Shown here in pieces: positions 47,960 to 59,738 of a stretch of 64,000 nt of DNA (position 1 is the first letter of the stretch; the number at the start of each line of letters is the position of its first letter). Below the pieces are notes generated by a model. The model did not search any database, had not been told where the DNA came from, and was given only the letters and a program-made list of their open reading frames with translations. Source of the DNA: Takakia lepidozioides (taxonomy: Eukaryota > Plantae > Bryophyta). The stretch is taken from the NCBI GenBank assembly GCA_030704615.1, contig CM060732.1, positions 27,218,001 through 27,282,000 of the forward strand, read 5' to 3'. A program made the position numbers and the translations under genes.

Positions 47960-50900
47960 CCGCTCAAACTGGGTGCGGGGTCAATGGCCACAAGGCTACG
48001 GCAAACAACGTCTTATGAGTACATTCTCTGTCTCTCTCTCTCTTCCAGTCTGTGACATGGGAGAGACCGTCATGGATGACCTCAAGGGTTTACCCACCCT
48101 GGGCACTAGACTGAAATTTAAACTCAGGGCGGAAAGTCTACCTTTGAACAGCAAACAGATGCAGAGAGGAAAGAGGGATTGCAATTGCCCCGTTTGGTTG
48201 GGAAACCTGAAGACAATATTCATTTTCTGATTCATTGTCCTGGATACTCTCATGAGAGAGATGCCCTCTTAAAATCCATCAAGCGAATTGTGCCAGAACC
48301 TCTGCTTACCAACTTTGAAAGTCTCACCAGCTGGATCAAACTGGTCAATCTCTTGTAATTTTAGATTGTGTGGGAGCACTATGGCAACTTCAGATGCTGT
48401 GCTGGTTCTTGGGGGATTTATGGCCCACTGGTATTATGCTCATGACATAGCCCATCCGCCCTGCAAAAAGAAACCCCGGAAATTTATGAGTAACGATTTT
48501 CTCTTTCTGATCTATCCTCAAATTTCCCTCTGTATTGGTTGCAGATATATCGGGCCGACTTCTCTTGTCCTGCCTGGTTTTCAGCAGGTGCTCGAAAAAT
48601 GATCTTGAAGATATTAGACCCAAACCCTAAAACTGTAAGTGTATAAGGACCCGCTCGGTTTCACCTGTTTCATTTTGCATCTGTGTGTAGTGTTCTTCTT
48701 TCTGATTTCATTGTTATCATTACTGTGCATCTCACATTTTTGTATTGGAAAAGCAAAGTCGTGGGTGAAAATATGTTCTTCAATTTTTAAGCTTGTTGGA
48801 TGTGGGAAGTTTTTATTTTTGGAGCATAATTGTTGTTACTCTAAAAGATCCTTTGTCTATCTCACTGAGTTTCTGTCTTCGCCACTTGTGCACTGATTGG
48901 AAGTGTAGCCAGGACAGCCAAGGTTCGGAACCTTGACTTCTGTATTGGCTCTGTTGGGGGGGCTGTTGCAGCGGATAACTGCAGCACAGATTTATAAGAA
49001 TGACTGGTTTAAGAAGGGTTATTCGCCAGCCAAGCTCAAAGAGGAGGATGACATCAATCTTGATGACATTGATGCGGTTTTCAGTGGGTCAACGGTAAGT
49101 CAGCTATTCTTCAAGCGAGTTTCCTTGTGCACTTCGTGTTTTTCAATCAGTTAATAAAAGGTGATATTTAGGTGAGTAGTGTTATAGAAAAAGTTGTGCC
49201 GGTTGAAGTCTGCATCTTGTTGGTTCAGAAATGTTTATTCTCATATACTGGTACAAGCTGTGTTTTGGTTGTGTACACCCGCTGTTTCTTGTTTAAGCAG
49301 GCATTTACGTTGAACTGGTGAGGGATGCACGGGCAGTCTTCTGCCTCTTTACAGAATAATCTCCTCCTTGATGGGGGACAACATCATGGCTCTTGTATCA
49401 TAGAGCTGAGGGTTTTTATGTTTGGAGAACAGGAGCATATGGTGACAGAAAAGAAGGAGACAAAGCCAGAGATAATGAATGCCTTTGAGCTCATTTCTCT
49501 CTCTCATGGACTCAACCTTTCTGGCCTCTTTGAGAAGGCTCAGGTATGACGGCAATACTGATATAGTTTCTTTCATCTCATGTCATAACTCTAAAAGGTT
49601 TTGAGGTCACGTTTAGTCAGAGTCTGAGGTCCATCAACTCAACAAGTTTTTTTTCCCTTGATTATTGAAGACCTAAAGTAGAAGGCAGTTCCTGAAACAA
49701 TAAAGAGGGGCAGCATGTACTTTTGAAGGTGTTGGCATCCCTCCAGGTGTTAAATCTGGTCCAACTTGTTGTTGCATCTATCGTCAGGTAGACTCCTGTA
49801 ATTCTGCAGTTGCAAAATTTCCATTCAGGATGGAGATGGGATTATGAAGAACAGAAATTTCTGGAGCTGATCTTGGAGAGAATGCAGGATTTGGAGAAGC
49901 GGGAAACAAGATTTACAAGCACAAAACCGGCGAACGAGATCATTACCACGATCGAGGAGGCTGCAAAGCCGCTTGGCTTCAATGTACAGAAACGTAATTA
50001 CAAGGTTAGTTGGAAGGAGGAGGATGGGTGATGTGCAGAGTGATGGTTTTGCTTTGCTTTAACATTAGTGCTGTAGCGTTTTCACATGTTGGTACAAGTT
50101 TTAAGTACTATTAGGAGATCCTTGTGGGCTTGGCTGAGATGGGGTGGGCTCTGTTGTATGTGGTCTCAGATGAAGTTGCAAGGAGATAAACAGGGCAGAA
50201 AGGGACATCTCTCAGTGGCCACTGAGGTATGGATTTCTCCTCCATTGCTGCAAAAATATCTATTTCACAACTAGAAGTTTGTAATACTAGCGCACCAGCT
50301 TGATGGGGTCTGAAATACTATAGAGTATGTCCCACCTCTAACAGGGGGGCAGTGCCTCTAACAGGGAATGTCACGCTGTCTTTGGCAGGGGTCCTTACTT
50401 TCTCTCCAACTCTCTCTCTCTCTCTCTCTCTCTCTGTTTCTAGAGTATGTCATTCAGTGAGTATACATGGCATTGTCATTCATATCTCTTGTAAAAGGGA
50501 GAGAGAAAACTGAGTGTGGTGATGGCTTCAGGTGTTTGAGGTTGCGCCTTCTCTTTTTATGGTTGAGCTGCGCAAAGCCAATGGGGACACTCTGGAGTAT
50601 CATAATGTAAGTTTGCAGATGTGTTTGGTGCTAAGTTGCTACTCGGCACTTGGTACAACATTTTGGTGATACAGTACAGTGCCAAGGAAAGCTGTCCACA
50701 TGTTGTTTTACCCCTTTGTTAAGAGGGTAGTAGAGAAGCAGAGCATTTAAAAAAAACCTGTAGGGGATAGTAACTGCTATTTTACTTGGTTTGCGGTTCA
50801 GTAGAGAGGGCAGTGGAGCCAGGGGTCTCATGGAGTGAAATGGGGCTGTTTCCATCCGTCAGAGCAGTGCCACCTGAACCTGTGGTCCATTTCTGAATTT

Positions 50901-51219
50901 TCCCCAGTCATGTGCAAAGACATGAGTTTATTTCTGTGCCTATCAGTAGGTTGTAGCAGAGGAAGTTTGTAAATCAGAAAGTCTTGGACGGTTGAGTGGC
51001 CCTCATAACAAGGCAACAGTTCGATCTAAGAACTCTAGCTATGTACAAAAAAACACTGGGATGGTAGCAAGGTATTCAAGTGCTGTGCTATCAGTTCGAC
51101 GAACTGTCTTTTAACTGGTTTGTTGGTGTATGTTATGGTGATTGCAGTTTTACAAGAATTTATCCAAGGGCCTTAAAGATATTGTTTGGAAATCAGAGGT
51201 GGACACAAGCCAAAAGTGA
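45194..51219 (+). CDS. CIPK: CBL-interacting Ser/Thr protein kinase (SnRK3, intron-rich CIPK3/9/23/26-like clade), 14 exons, 443 aa
   Basis: Exons 45194-45376, 45868-45930, 46253-46324, 46568-46675, 47017-47097, 47317-47370, 47495-47620, 48545-48634, 48972-49094, 49433-49543, 49888-50004, 50170-50226, 50532-50606, 51148-51219, all phase 0 GT-AG. Motifs [26 protein letters not shown] and NAF. Confidence 0.97.
46073..46117 (+). mobile_element. Ultra-short LINE 3' tip (~36 bp + T run) with 21-bp TSD
   Basis: GCCACAAGGCTACGGCAAACGACGTCTTATGAGTAC flanked by TTTTTCTT(G/A)CCCATCTTCCTG at 46052-46072 and 46118-46138. Confidence 0.9.
47723..47956 (+). mobile_element. Second SINE-like copy with (CT)n tail
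   Basis: GGAAAATA..TTATACCTGCAGCTGAGCTGTG.GGATAAGCTAAA shared with the reverse complement of 22028-22236. Ends CATGAGTACATTCTCTCT... Confidence 0.85.
47960..48325 (+). mobile_element. Two adjacent LINE fragments: 3' tip (47960-48025) and internal piece (48042-48325)
   Basis: Match 24867-24930 and 24398-24680 respectively. Confidence 0.88.
50332..50440 (+). mobile_element. Short insertion with (CT)n tail and 11-bp TSD (different retroposon family)
   Basis: TAGAGTATGTC at 50321-50331 and 50441-50451. Confidence 0.7.
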
Positions 51220-51749
51220 AAAGGATTCGGGCTGCAGTTGGTGGTGCTTTTGGGCTTCCCTCTGTGTTCTTTGTGAAGCAAGACAAGGCTTTAATGGTTG
51301 TAGAATGAAAGATGCAGAATTTTGTGTGGTCAAGAATCGCATGTTTGCATAGGTAAAGGTTGTATGGCCTGGCTTTGTTCCCTCCTGGAGGGTGGATGTC
51401 ATCTGGTATTTGCACGCATGGTTTTGCAATGCCCTTTGTCCTTTTGGTGGAAAGCCTGAAGCCTCTTCCAGCATATCAAGCCCTTAGACTTGAATTACAG
51501 AGTGTATCTAATTGAGAGAGAGTGTGTTCAATTGTCATAATGAAGATGCGCTCTGGGTGTAGCATGAATTAAGGTTCAGACAATTGATATTGTGATTCAT
51601 CGCAGCTTTTTGAGCAAGTAGATAAATCTGTTATAATTGTAGGCGGCATGGCCTCCACCCGATGTCGTTTACAGCCCGTGTTTTTTTTCTGTCTATTTGT
51701 GATCAATTTACACTAACTTATTCTAAATGAATGTAGAAGATGGATGGTA

Positions 51750-54620
51750 TACATCAACATGGTTGCAGAACCACTAGCATGCCCACATAGCATGCAGCGC
51801 AACCCTACAGGTACCATGTAAGGTTGGGATCTATCCTCCCATCCACATGTGGGAGGTGACATGGTGTACAATTGCGCACAGGATCTTTCCATACCATGTC
51901 ATCTCGACCCTCTAAAACCAACATTCCTGAAAGCAACACCTCCCGGACCCTTAGAATCACACGACCTGCTGTGACATCTAAAGTCGTAGGCGTTGTCTGC
52001 TGCAGATACACATAGTCCCCAGGATGGAAACGTCGAACACCTGGCCGATATTCCCCTCCACGTATAGTGGTGTACTTCAATGTGTTTCGGTGTTGGGCAA
52101 TAGCAAGGTTCTCAAAAGCCATAGGCATGACTCTCTTGAACAACTATGTCCGTTGGGCACATGCTTGTGTCCACATATCGGGATCATCAAGGATGAGGAC
52201 TACTGCAGTCTCCCTGCGAATAGTTGCAGGCAAATCTAGCTCTCGCCAAAGAGAAGGAAATAAGGCGAGAACGAGGCAAATGATGCTTGCTTGCTAAACC
52301 TGTAACCCATAGCCAACCAAGGTCCCAATCTCCTAAGTGTCTCTTTTGCAAGCCATACTTGCGCAAGCCTCGCTTGACTGTTTGCACAACCTTCTCGGCC
52401 AAGCTATCAGCCTCGGGAGTGCGGTGATCTATCAAGGCTTGCTCACACAAAGCCTGAAACTTCTCCAAGAACTCTCTTCTCTGGTCCGTGAGTACCTCGG
52501 CTGGAGCACCAAATTGGCTAAGCACTCGATCTAAGAATGCATACGCAACCCCCTCACTTGCCTTGTCAGGCAATGCCACCAGTTCAATCCATTTGGAGAA
52601 ATGTTCCACCATCACCAGCACATACTTGTTATGGCGAATCGTTAGTGGCAATGGGCCTGCAAAGTCAAGACTCCAACGATAGCCCAAACCCATAATGGGT
52701 AAAGGATGTCCGCACTCTATCACACACCATGCACCTTGCCACTAACTGTTGCACATCCGTGTGCATATTCCGCCACCAATACAGTCCTTGCAGCAAACTA
52801 TGAGTGCGCCACACCCTAAAATGTCCCAACTCCTCATGGGCATGGTGTACCAATCACGCTCATTGTGTTGGATGAGGCACAATCCTCACTCATCCATCCT
52901 CCCATACTCGGAGTAGGTGAGTCCCCTCCCACTTGAACCTCTTGGCTCATTGTAGGATTCGATCTCTCTCCTTAGCAGTCACACTGGCTGTTGTCTCTCT
53001 AGTACGAAGGTAGGCCAACACTGCTGTATCTTCATGTACATCCTTAGCACCACCAAGCATCTAAAATGTGTCACTGCCCATACCGCAGTTAGACACTCCC
53101 CTTCATAGGAACTATACTTCGCCTCGGCATCATTGTTCGAGCGGCTAGCATATGCCTCTACGAACTCTCTTCCCTCATCATCCACCTGTGTGAGCACTGT
53201 TCCAATCCCCAGCATACTCCAATCCGTATGTAGCTGGAAAGACCGCCCCCGAATAGGCCGCCTCAGAATAGGCGCAGAAATCAATCGAGCCTTGAGTTCC
53301 TCAAAGGCTTCCTCCTGCTCCTGCTCCCACTGCCACTCCTAACCCACCTTTGTCAACTTTGTAAGAGCCTTTGCAATGCTGCTAAATCCCTTGACAAACC
53401 ATCGATAGTAGTTTGTCAACCCCATGAAAGCACAAACTTTGCTAACATCGATAGGACGTGGAATGCGTGCAATGGCCTCCACCTCGTCTTTTGAACACCC
53501 AATCCTCCAGGGTATATCATGTGGCCCAGATACTCAATCTGGTTGTGGAAGAACTTGCACTTCCCAGGGTGCAATTTCAACCCATGCGCTCTCAAGCACT
53601 CAAACACCGTCTGAAGGTGTCTCTCGTGCTCCTCAATTGTAGCACTAAAGATGATGATGTCATCAATGTAGCACCGGACAAAGTCTAGCCCCGCAAGAAT
53701 CTTATCCATGACCCTTTGAAACTCTGCAGGAGCATTCTTCAACCCAAACGATAGGAACCGCCATTGGTACAAGCAATCCTTCCCATGTTGGTCAATCCCC
53801 CAGAATGCCGGCTTTTGCTTGTCAGCCTCTTTGATTGGCAACTGGTGGTAGCTGGATCGCAAATCCAATGTACTAAACACCTTTGCATGCCCAATGGCAT
53901 CAAATATCTCCTCTGGAGTTGGCATGGCATATCTATCGGACTTAGTCTGACGGTTCGCAGGACGGTAGTTCCGACACATCCTCCTTTCTGTCCAATTGCC
54001 ATAGATATCATTCTTAGCTGGCATCACCGTTGCCGAGGCATACTCCCCGCCTGACAACTCCCCCAATCCAGTTTCGAACAACTCCATAGTCCGTGACTGG
54101 ATCAAAGACCTCTCCATATCACTATACCTGTAGGGCCTTCGAAAAATTGGCGTATCACTAGCCAAATCAATACAAATCTCCTGGCCCTTCAAACTCCCCA
54201 AATCCTTCAAACTGAAGGCAAAGCAATTTCTATAAGCCCTTAGAAATCGCTGGATCCTCCGCCTCTTTCCTCCGGTGACTATAGGTCCAATATCTGGTTC
54301 CCAGTTGTCCTTAGTGACTGCAACCTTGGGTACACCAGGCTTGGAAATAGGAGACGCATCCTTTGGTTGCTAGATAACAACCTCTTGGGCTTTATCCGTC
54401 TACCCTAACCGTGGCGTAGCCTCCACTTGCTCCGCCATAGCCACCTTGAGAACATTCTCTGGGGAAGAAACATTCTCAACCTCTTCAAAAACATTGGTCA
54501 CCTTGGCCTCCAACTGAGCCTCAGTGTATGGCTCTCCCCACTCCTCATACTGCTGCTTGAGAGATCCAATGACTCTGTCGAGCGGCTTTTACTCACCCAT
54601 CCCTTCGCTATCCGAGATGG
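51750..54620 (-). mobile_element. Decayed Ty3/Gypsy pol (RT-RNaseH-integrase, truncated PHD-like finger)
   Basis: FSTLDLRSSYHQL, FGLKNAPAEFQR, YIDD, LHTDWS..GIG, integrase HH..CxxC, WSLDFAGP and VLTDQ, in the order RT-RH-INT. Many frameshifts, no paired LTRs. Confidence 0.95.
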
Positions 54621-55229
54621 GAACTTTACGATAGAAGAGTTGGATATCTCTAAGCACTCAGCTCACTCAAAACAATCAGTCATGACCTACAACTAGTGTA
54701 TCATGGAAGTGCTTCATGTTTGTATTCTTTCTTGCCTTCATGTCAGCAAAATTACCTTACTGTTTATATTCAAGCATCAGATTGCTTCAGCAATCTACCA
54801 GGTTCCAATCACTCATCCATTCAGTCCACAGCTTCACTCGGATCTCTCTACACAGTGTGAGTATGGTAACGTGTATCAGATTAAGATCTACCAAGTATGA
54901 GGCCGAAGCTATGGTGTCCCTAGTCTGCTCTACAATATAACTCTACAGCTTGCATGAATCAAACATTAATAGTTCGTGTCTCCTCCTTCACTGCGCTCTC
55001 CATTCTCCAGCTCCTGATCGTCCTCTCTTCCTGAAGGCCAAGACGTGATGCCAGAAGTGTCCTCTCCCCATTGCTACTCTGCCTTTTCTACCTTCAAGCT
55101 GTTCTAACTGCCTAACTAACTAACTGTCATCCAAACAGAATACACGTTCCCTCTGCTGGTGTTGTTCCCACACAGTCGTTCCCTGCCATGGTAACCGTTC
55201 CATGTGTATGTTGTGACGGGCTGTGCCAA

Positions 55230-55715
55230 GCTGATAAGAGGGAAAAGCAGGGTGAAATGTGTTGAAAAAGGTGCCTTCATTAGCAGTGCCTGATTCTATC
55301 AATTGTGCCGCTGCTGCTGTTGCTGCCAGTTGATCATCTACCCATGCAGGTTTCTTGTAGCTATTGATTTACAAGGAATCATAGGTAATCTTGTGCATGA
55401 AATCTGGCCCTCTTGGATGAGTCTAGACCCACACTCATCCCTGCTCCTCCAGCTATCCATGCCTCTGCACAAATTATGCATTTCCTTGCCCTGCTGCTAG
55501 CAGCTGATAATGACAGCCTAGGTTTGTTCTAGGAAACACCCAACTTAGCTTATCACACTAGTTCATATGCTCATTGCGTCTACTACTCTCTGTAATCTAA
55601 CAGGCATCCACCTTTTTGCCTCGATTGTCCCGCCATTGCCTGGGGTCAGAAAAGTATTCTTTCCACAGCTTCTCCTTGTCTTTGTTACCTGTTCCTGGAT
55701 ACTTTGAACCACATT
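55230..55715 (-). repeat. Inverted distal copy of the PPR 5' module (B-A junction)
   Basis: The reverse complement matches ~13070-13610 (GGGACAATCGAGGCAAAAAGGTG, CTAGGCTGTCATT.TCAGCTGC, AAGAAACCTGCATGGGT, GGCACAATTGATA.AATCAG). Confidence 0.9.
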
Positions 55716-58700
55716 TAGTTCTCTCTGAGATCGACTCCCGCTCCAGTCTTGAATACCATCCACGATATCTGGCATGTTTGTGGGCCGATCGCCTAAAAAA
55801 GGTTGGACTGTTCTCTGTCGTTTATGGACTTGGGACGCAATCGAAGGTGGTCTCGGAGGAGGTACCGGAGGGGGGACTGCCCGAGATGGACCAGCATTAG
55901 ATGGTCCGGCATGTGAGGAACCACGGGTCTGCTGCGCAACACGTCGGTTAAGGTGGAATTGTAATGGCAGGTTGTCATCATCCGAGGCTTCAACTTCTGT
56001 CTGGTCCAATGCAGCAGAATGATGCATGCGTGTGAAAAACAGATCAACCCTGTTGCTCCTTAATGCCCGCTGTGTTGATGGGGAGCTGGATCGGTTTTGG
56101 CATTGTGGTGGAGTTGGTCGTATCGGCGAGGCATGATCCCGTCCCGTCGACTGTACAATGGGTTCGACACCATCGTTTATATGAACAGGGTTGCGTACGT
56201 CGATCGGTCCTGGCAGTACATCACCCCTAAGCTCCATTGGGGCACTACTGGTGGCTTCAGCGTGTAGTGGGGGGCGAGGGTCAACCCCAACTTCATTTTG
56301 AGGACCATGTTTTGGGGATGACACAATTGCAGCTTCACCTTCATCTGCGATACGCATTTCTTCAAGAAGGTCATCAAAGGTCGGCTGGATATAAGCATCA
56401 TCCTTTGTGAATGTAAACAGGTCATACGCATTTTCGAGAACATCATCGGATCCATCTTCACTATCGGAGGCAGATGATTCTCTCTGAGATGATTCTCTCT
56501 GAGGCTCAGTATCGTCACTCATCGAATTAGCCTTAGAAGCAGAGTCTTCGGAATGCAAATTCCTCTCATACCATGCTGCAGCATTATCCACTGCCCTCTC
56601 ACGTAGCAGTCGGCAATTGGTATACACATACACCAATTTGTCAGCCCTCCCGGGATTCAACCTGTTGCGAATCTTGTTGTGAACAAATGAGTAACTGCTC
56701 CAATTGCGTTCGCAAGATGAGGCAGAACACACTTGAGCAAGAATTTGCTTCGCAATGGGAGCCAATGTTCTTGCTCCAGCTCCAATCAGATCCCACCATT
56801 CAAGTGGCAGCATATTGAGCTCTTTTGAATCCAGCATGTCCTCAAAAGGGTCGCGGCGATATGAGAAGCATTGGTACTCGGATATAGCTCTCTTTACATG
56901 GTTCGGCGGAGCCAGTCGCATGAGCACTCGTACGAGGCCGGCCTTGGCATCAGTGTCGTCTCGGAGCATGGTATTGTCGAGCAAGAATGGATTGAGCAAA
57001 GCCCCCGCATAATGCAAGTCCGTTCGAACCATCGAACGACGGTCGTAAAATGCATCCTCAGCACTGTTTGCAAGTTCAGGTTCTAAGGAGAAAGGAGGAT
57101 GCCTCAAGGATTGGACGTGTTTCTCAAGATTTTGCATTAGTAATCATGCCTTGCCCATTATTGGTTGCTTTCCATCAAACTTCCGCAAGACGATTAACAC
57201 CAGCTCAACCATATAAACAAAGTTTTCACATTTCTTCCAGAAATCATCGCTGCGAATGCTATTTCGAACTTTTCGACTTTTGCCCAATGACTTGGCTTTT
57301 CTGGAGTCTCGCAATGTCCGTGTATATGCATCCCATTGAGGATCGATGATGGTGTGCTTCAGACTACTCTTCACCGTCACCAACCGATCTACCATCAAGA
57401 AGTTAGTGGCAAAACGAGTTTCACATGGATTGCGGAGGATGTATTTGGGTTCGTGCCTCCTAATATTGCCAAAGGAATGTGGTGTGTGCGGATGAACGAC
57501 ACAACAGTCTTCGCTCGCTTGACAAGTTGTTTTACCCACTGTTCTTTTCCCCAATCTTCCAAAAGGATGTCAAGGAAATGAACGGCACAACCTTGATAGT
57601 ATATATGGGGATAACGTGCCAACAACATGTCTGCAGTGTTTCTCATATTAGCGGCATTGTCTGTGCATATTTGCACGATTTTATCACTTCCGACCTGTTC
57701 GATGAAGTCCGTCAATAGTTGACATTGATAACGTCCATCTTTCTTCTCGCCGCTAGTGTCGACCGATCCCAAGAATTGTTCCCCAGCTGGACATACGAGC
57801 ATGACATTGAACAATGGTCTGTTTGTGACATAACTCCAACCATCGACACATATAGTGCTTCCATATTTTCTAATGCACTCGCCCGTCTTATCGTTCACCT
57901 TTTGGGTAAGCTCGGTCATGGCGTCTTCTAGCAATCATGTGCGGAGATTGTGATAAGTCGGAGGCACGTACGTGGATCTGGACTCCGAGGTTGCTCTAAC
58001 GGCAGAAACAAATGCCGGAAGGTTTGCCACATTAAATGATATGTTGGCCTCAAAGAAAAACTGCGCCCATTTTTTATCCAATTGTCTTTTCGCAGACAAG
58101 TTAAGACCTTCTTGCATGGATTACTGCCGTAATCCTCTACTCTGTTGAAGTGTAGGGGTACAAAGAGGTGTTGAAGCAGGTGTTGCTCCGGCACAACCCA
58201 CTTGTCCAAGGACACCCAAAGCCTCACAAGAGTCGCCCTGGGTACTAATCGGGGCATCCTGACGGGAAGATGGAGTGTTCTGCTCAGAGGTCATGTTCAG
58301 ATCCAAAGACATTTGAATATTGCCTCCACACTGGGCAAAGTGACTTTTTACCCGCATAGATGCTTTGGGGCATAAACACACCCCAGCGCTCTTCACACCT
58401 TTATAGCCGAGGTGAGCAAGCAATCGATCCTTACGATAAGAAAGCTTTAATCCACATAGGTTGCACTCAACACTACCAGTGACACTGACAGTGTTCGGGA
58501 TTGCCGTATACCAAGGGCTTCATTCTTCCCTCATCTTCACCCAATATCCACTCCCCTTGGACCTAGCGATGCAAGCAACAAAAAACAGTCACCTATAAAT
58601 GAACGTGTTGTGAATGTAGAGTGCAATGCGATAGCCCAACACTTTTACACCTGTCAGCAACCCAAGTGGGTCGATGTAGGTTGTAGTGTTGAGCTTATAC

Positions 58701-59590
58701 ACAATCTGCTAAAGTGGCTTTGGTGGAAGCCACAACGGCAAAAGGTGCGCACCCTCCTCTTGGGCTACACTCTCGTTCAATGGAAGAGAACATCCAAAGC
58801 AACCTCAAGTGTTTGCAGAGCTTGGTGACCCTCATCCCTTATATATGACACAAGAGGGATGAAAGTGAAATGAAAGAGAAATGAAGAAATCATGAACCAA
58901 TAGCGCCCACCCGAAAAAAGTTGTACAACCATATTTGTTGTAATTTTGAAATTAAGCGACCACTAATACTACGGTCCGTATTTTTATTTTTTATGAAAAA
59001 CAAGCGACTGCCACTACTGCGGTCGCTTTTATTTCCTTTCATTTTGTGCAATATTGCGGTCACTTCTATTTTGTATATTTTACAATTTAAGCGACCGCCC
59101 GTATGGCGGTCGCTATTGTTTTTTATTTCAAAATATAATACGACTGCCGGTATGGCGGTCGCTTCATTTGGTAATATATTTAAAATAAAGCGACCGCCAA
59201 TATGGTGGTCGCTTTTATTTCTAATATTTTGAGAAAAACGCGACCGCCAATAAGGCGGTCGCTGTTAATCTTTATATTTTATGGCGGTCGTTTGTTTTTC
59301 TATATATTTATTAAATTAAGCGACCACGGGCGGTGTTTTTTTTATATATTTTTGAAATTATCCCACCGCCATATGGTGGTCGCTTGTTCTGTACATATTT
59401 ACAAAATTGTGCGACCGCCAATACGGCAGTAGCTTGTTTTCTTTTTTTAAATCAGGCGACCGCCAATGCGACCACCAATCTTGTTTTTTTTTTAGATAAA
59501 TTGAAGCGACCGCCAAGATAGCGGTCGCTATTTCTTTTTTTAATTCGAAAAATAAAGCGACAAGCTGTGTCGGGCTGTGTGACCCCCCTA
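55716..59590 (-). mobile_element. hAT transposon (BED finger, DUF659 region, dimerisation domain), frameshifted, 3' end missing
   Basis: CNLC...LAHL, ICVDGWS, QICTDNAANM, CAVHFLDILLED, ETRFATNF, SASSCERNWS. 5' TIR TAGGGGGGTCACACAGC at 59590. Confidence 0.93.
58950..59560. repeat. hAT subterminal GCGACCGCC motif array in both orientations
   Basis: More than 15 copies of GCGACCGCC/GGCGGTCGC variants, often as closely spaced inverted pairs, in AT-rich spacers. Confidence 0.9.
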
Positions 59591-59717
59591 AAGCCTGCTC
59601 CTGCCACCCCTAAGACTCATGTTGGTCTCAGTCTGCGCGAAAATTAAGGGTACCCCATAGAACTCGTAAAAGCGTCTAAGTCCCAAGCAGCCCTCTAACA
59701 TTACCCCTCCCCCTCTA
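59591..59717 (-). mobile_element. Polypurine tract and start of a 3' LTR, interrupted by the hAT
   Basis: The minus strand reads AGAGGGGGAGGGGTAA|TGTTAGAGGG, with the LTR starting at 59700. Confidence 0.75.
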
Positions 59718-59738
59718 AAAAAACCGTGTCTTCACGGT

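Noticed and set aside
54690-55129. Possible 5' LTR of the Ty3 remnant (minus strand begins TGACAGTTAG)
   Set aside because: No second LTR, PBS or TSD could be identified.
58950-59560. Regularly spaced palindromic motifs resembling a CRISPR array
   Set aside because: Eukaryotic context, short variable motifs in both orientations next to a hAT TIR, and no cas genes. These are subterminal transposase-binding repeats.
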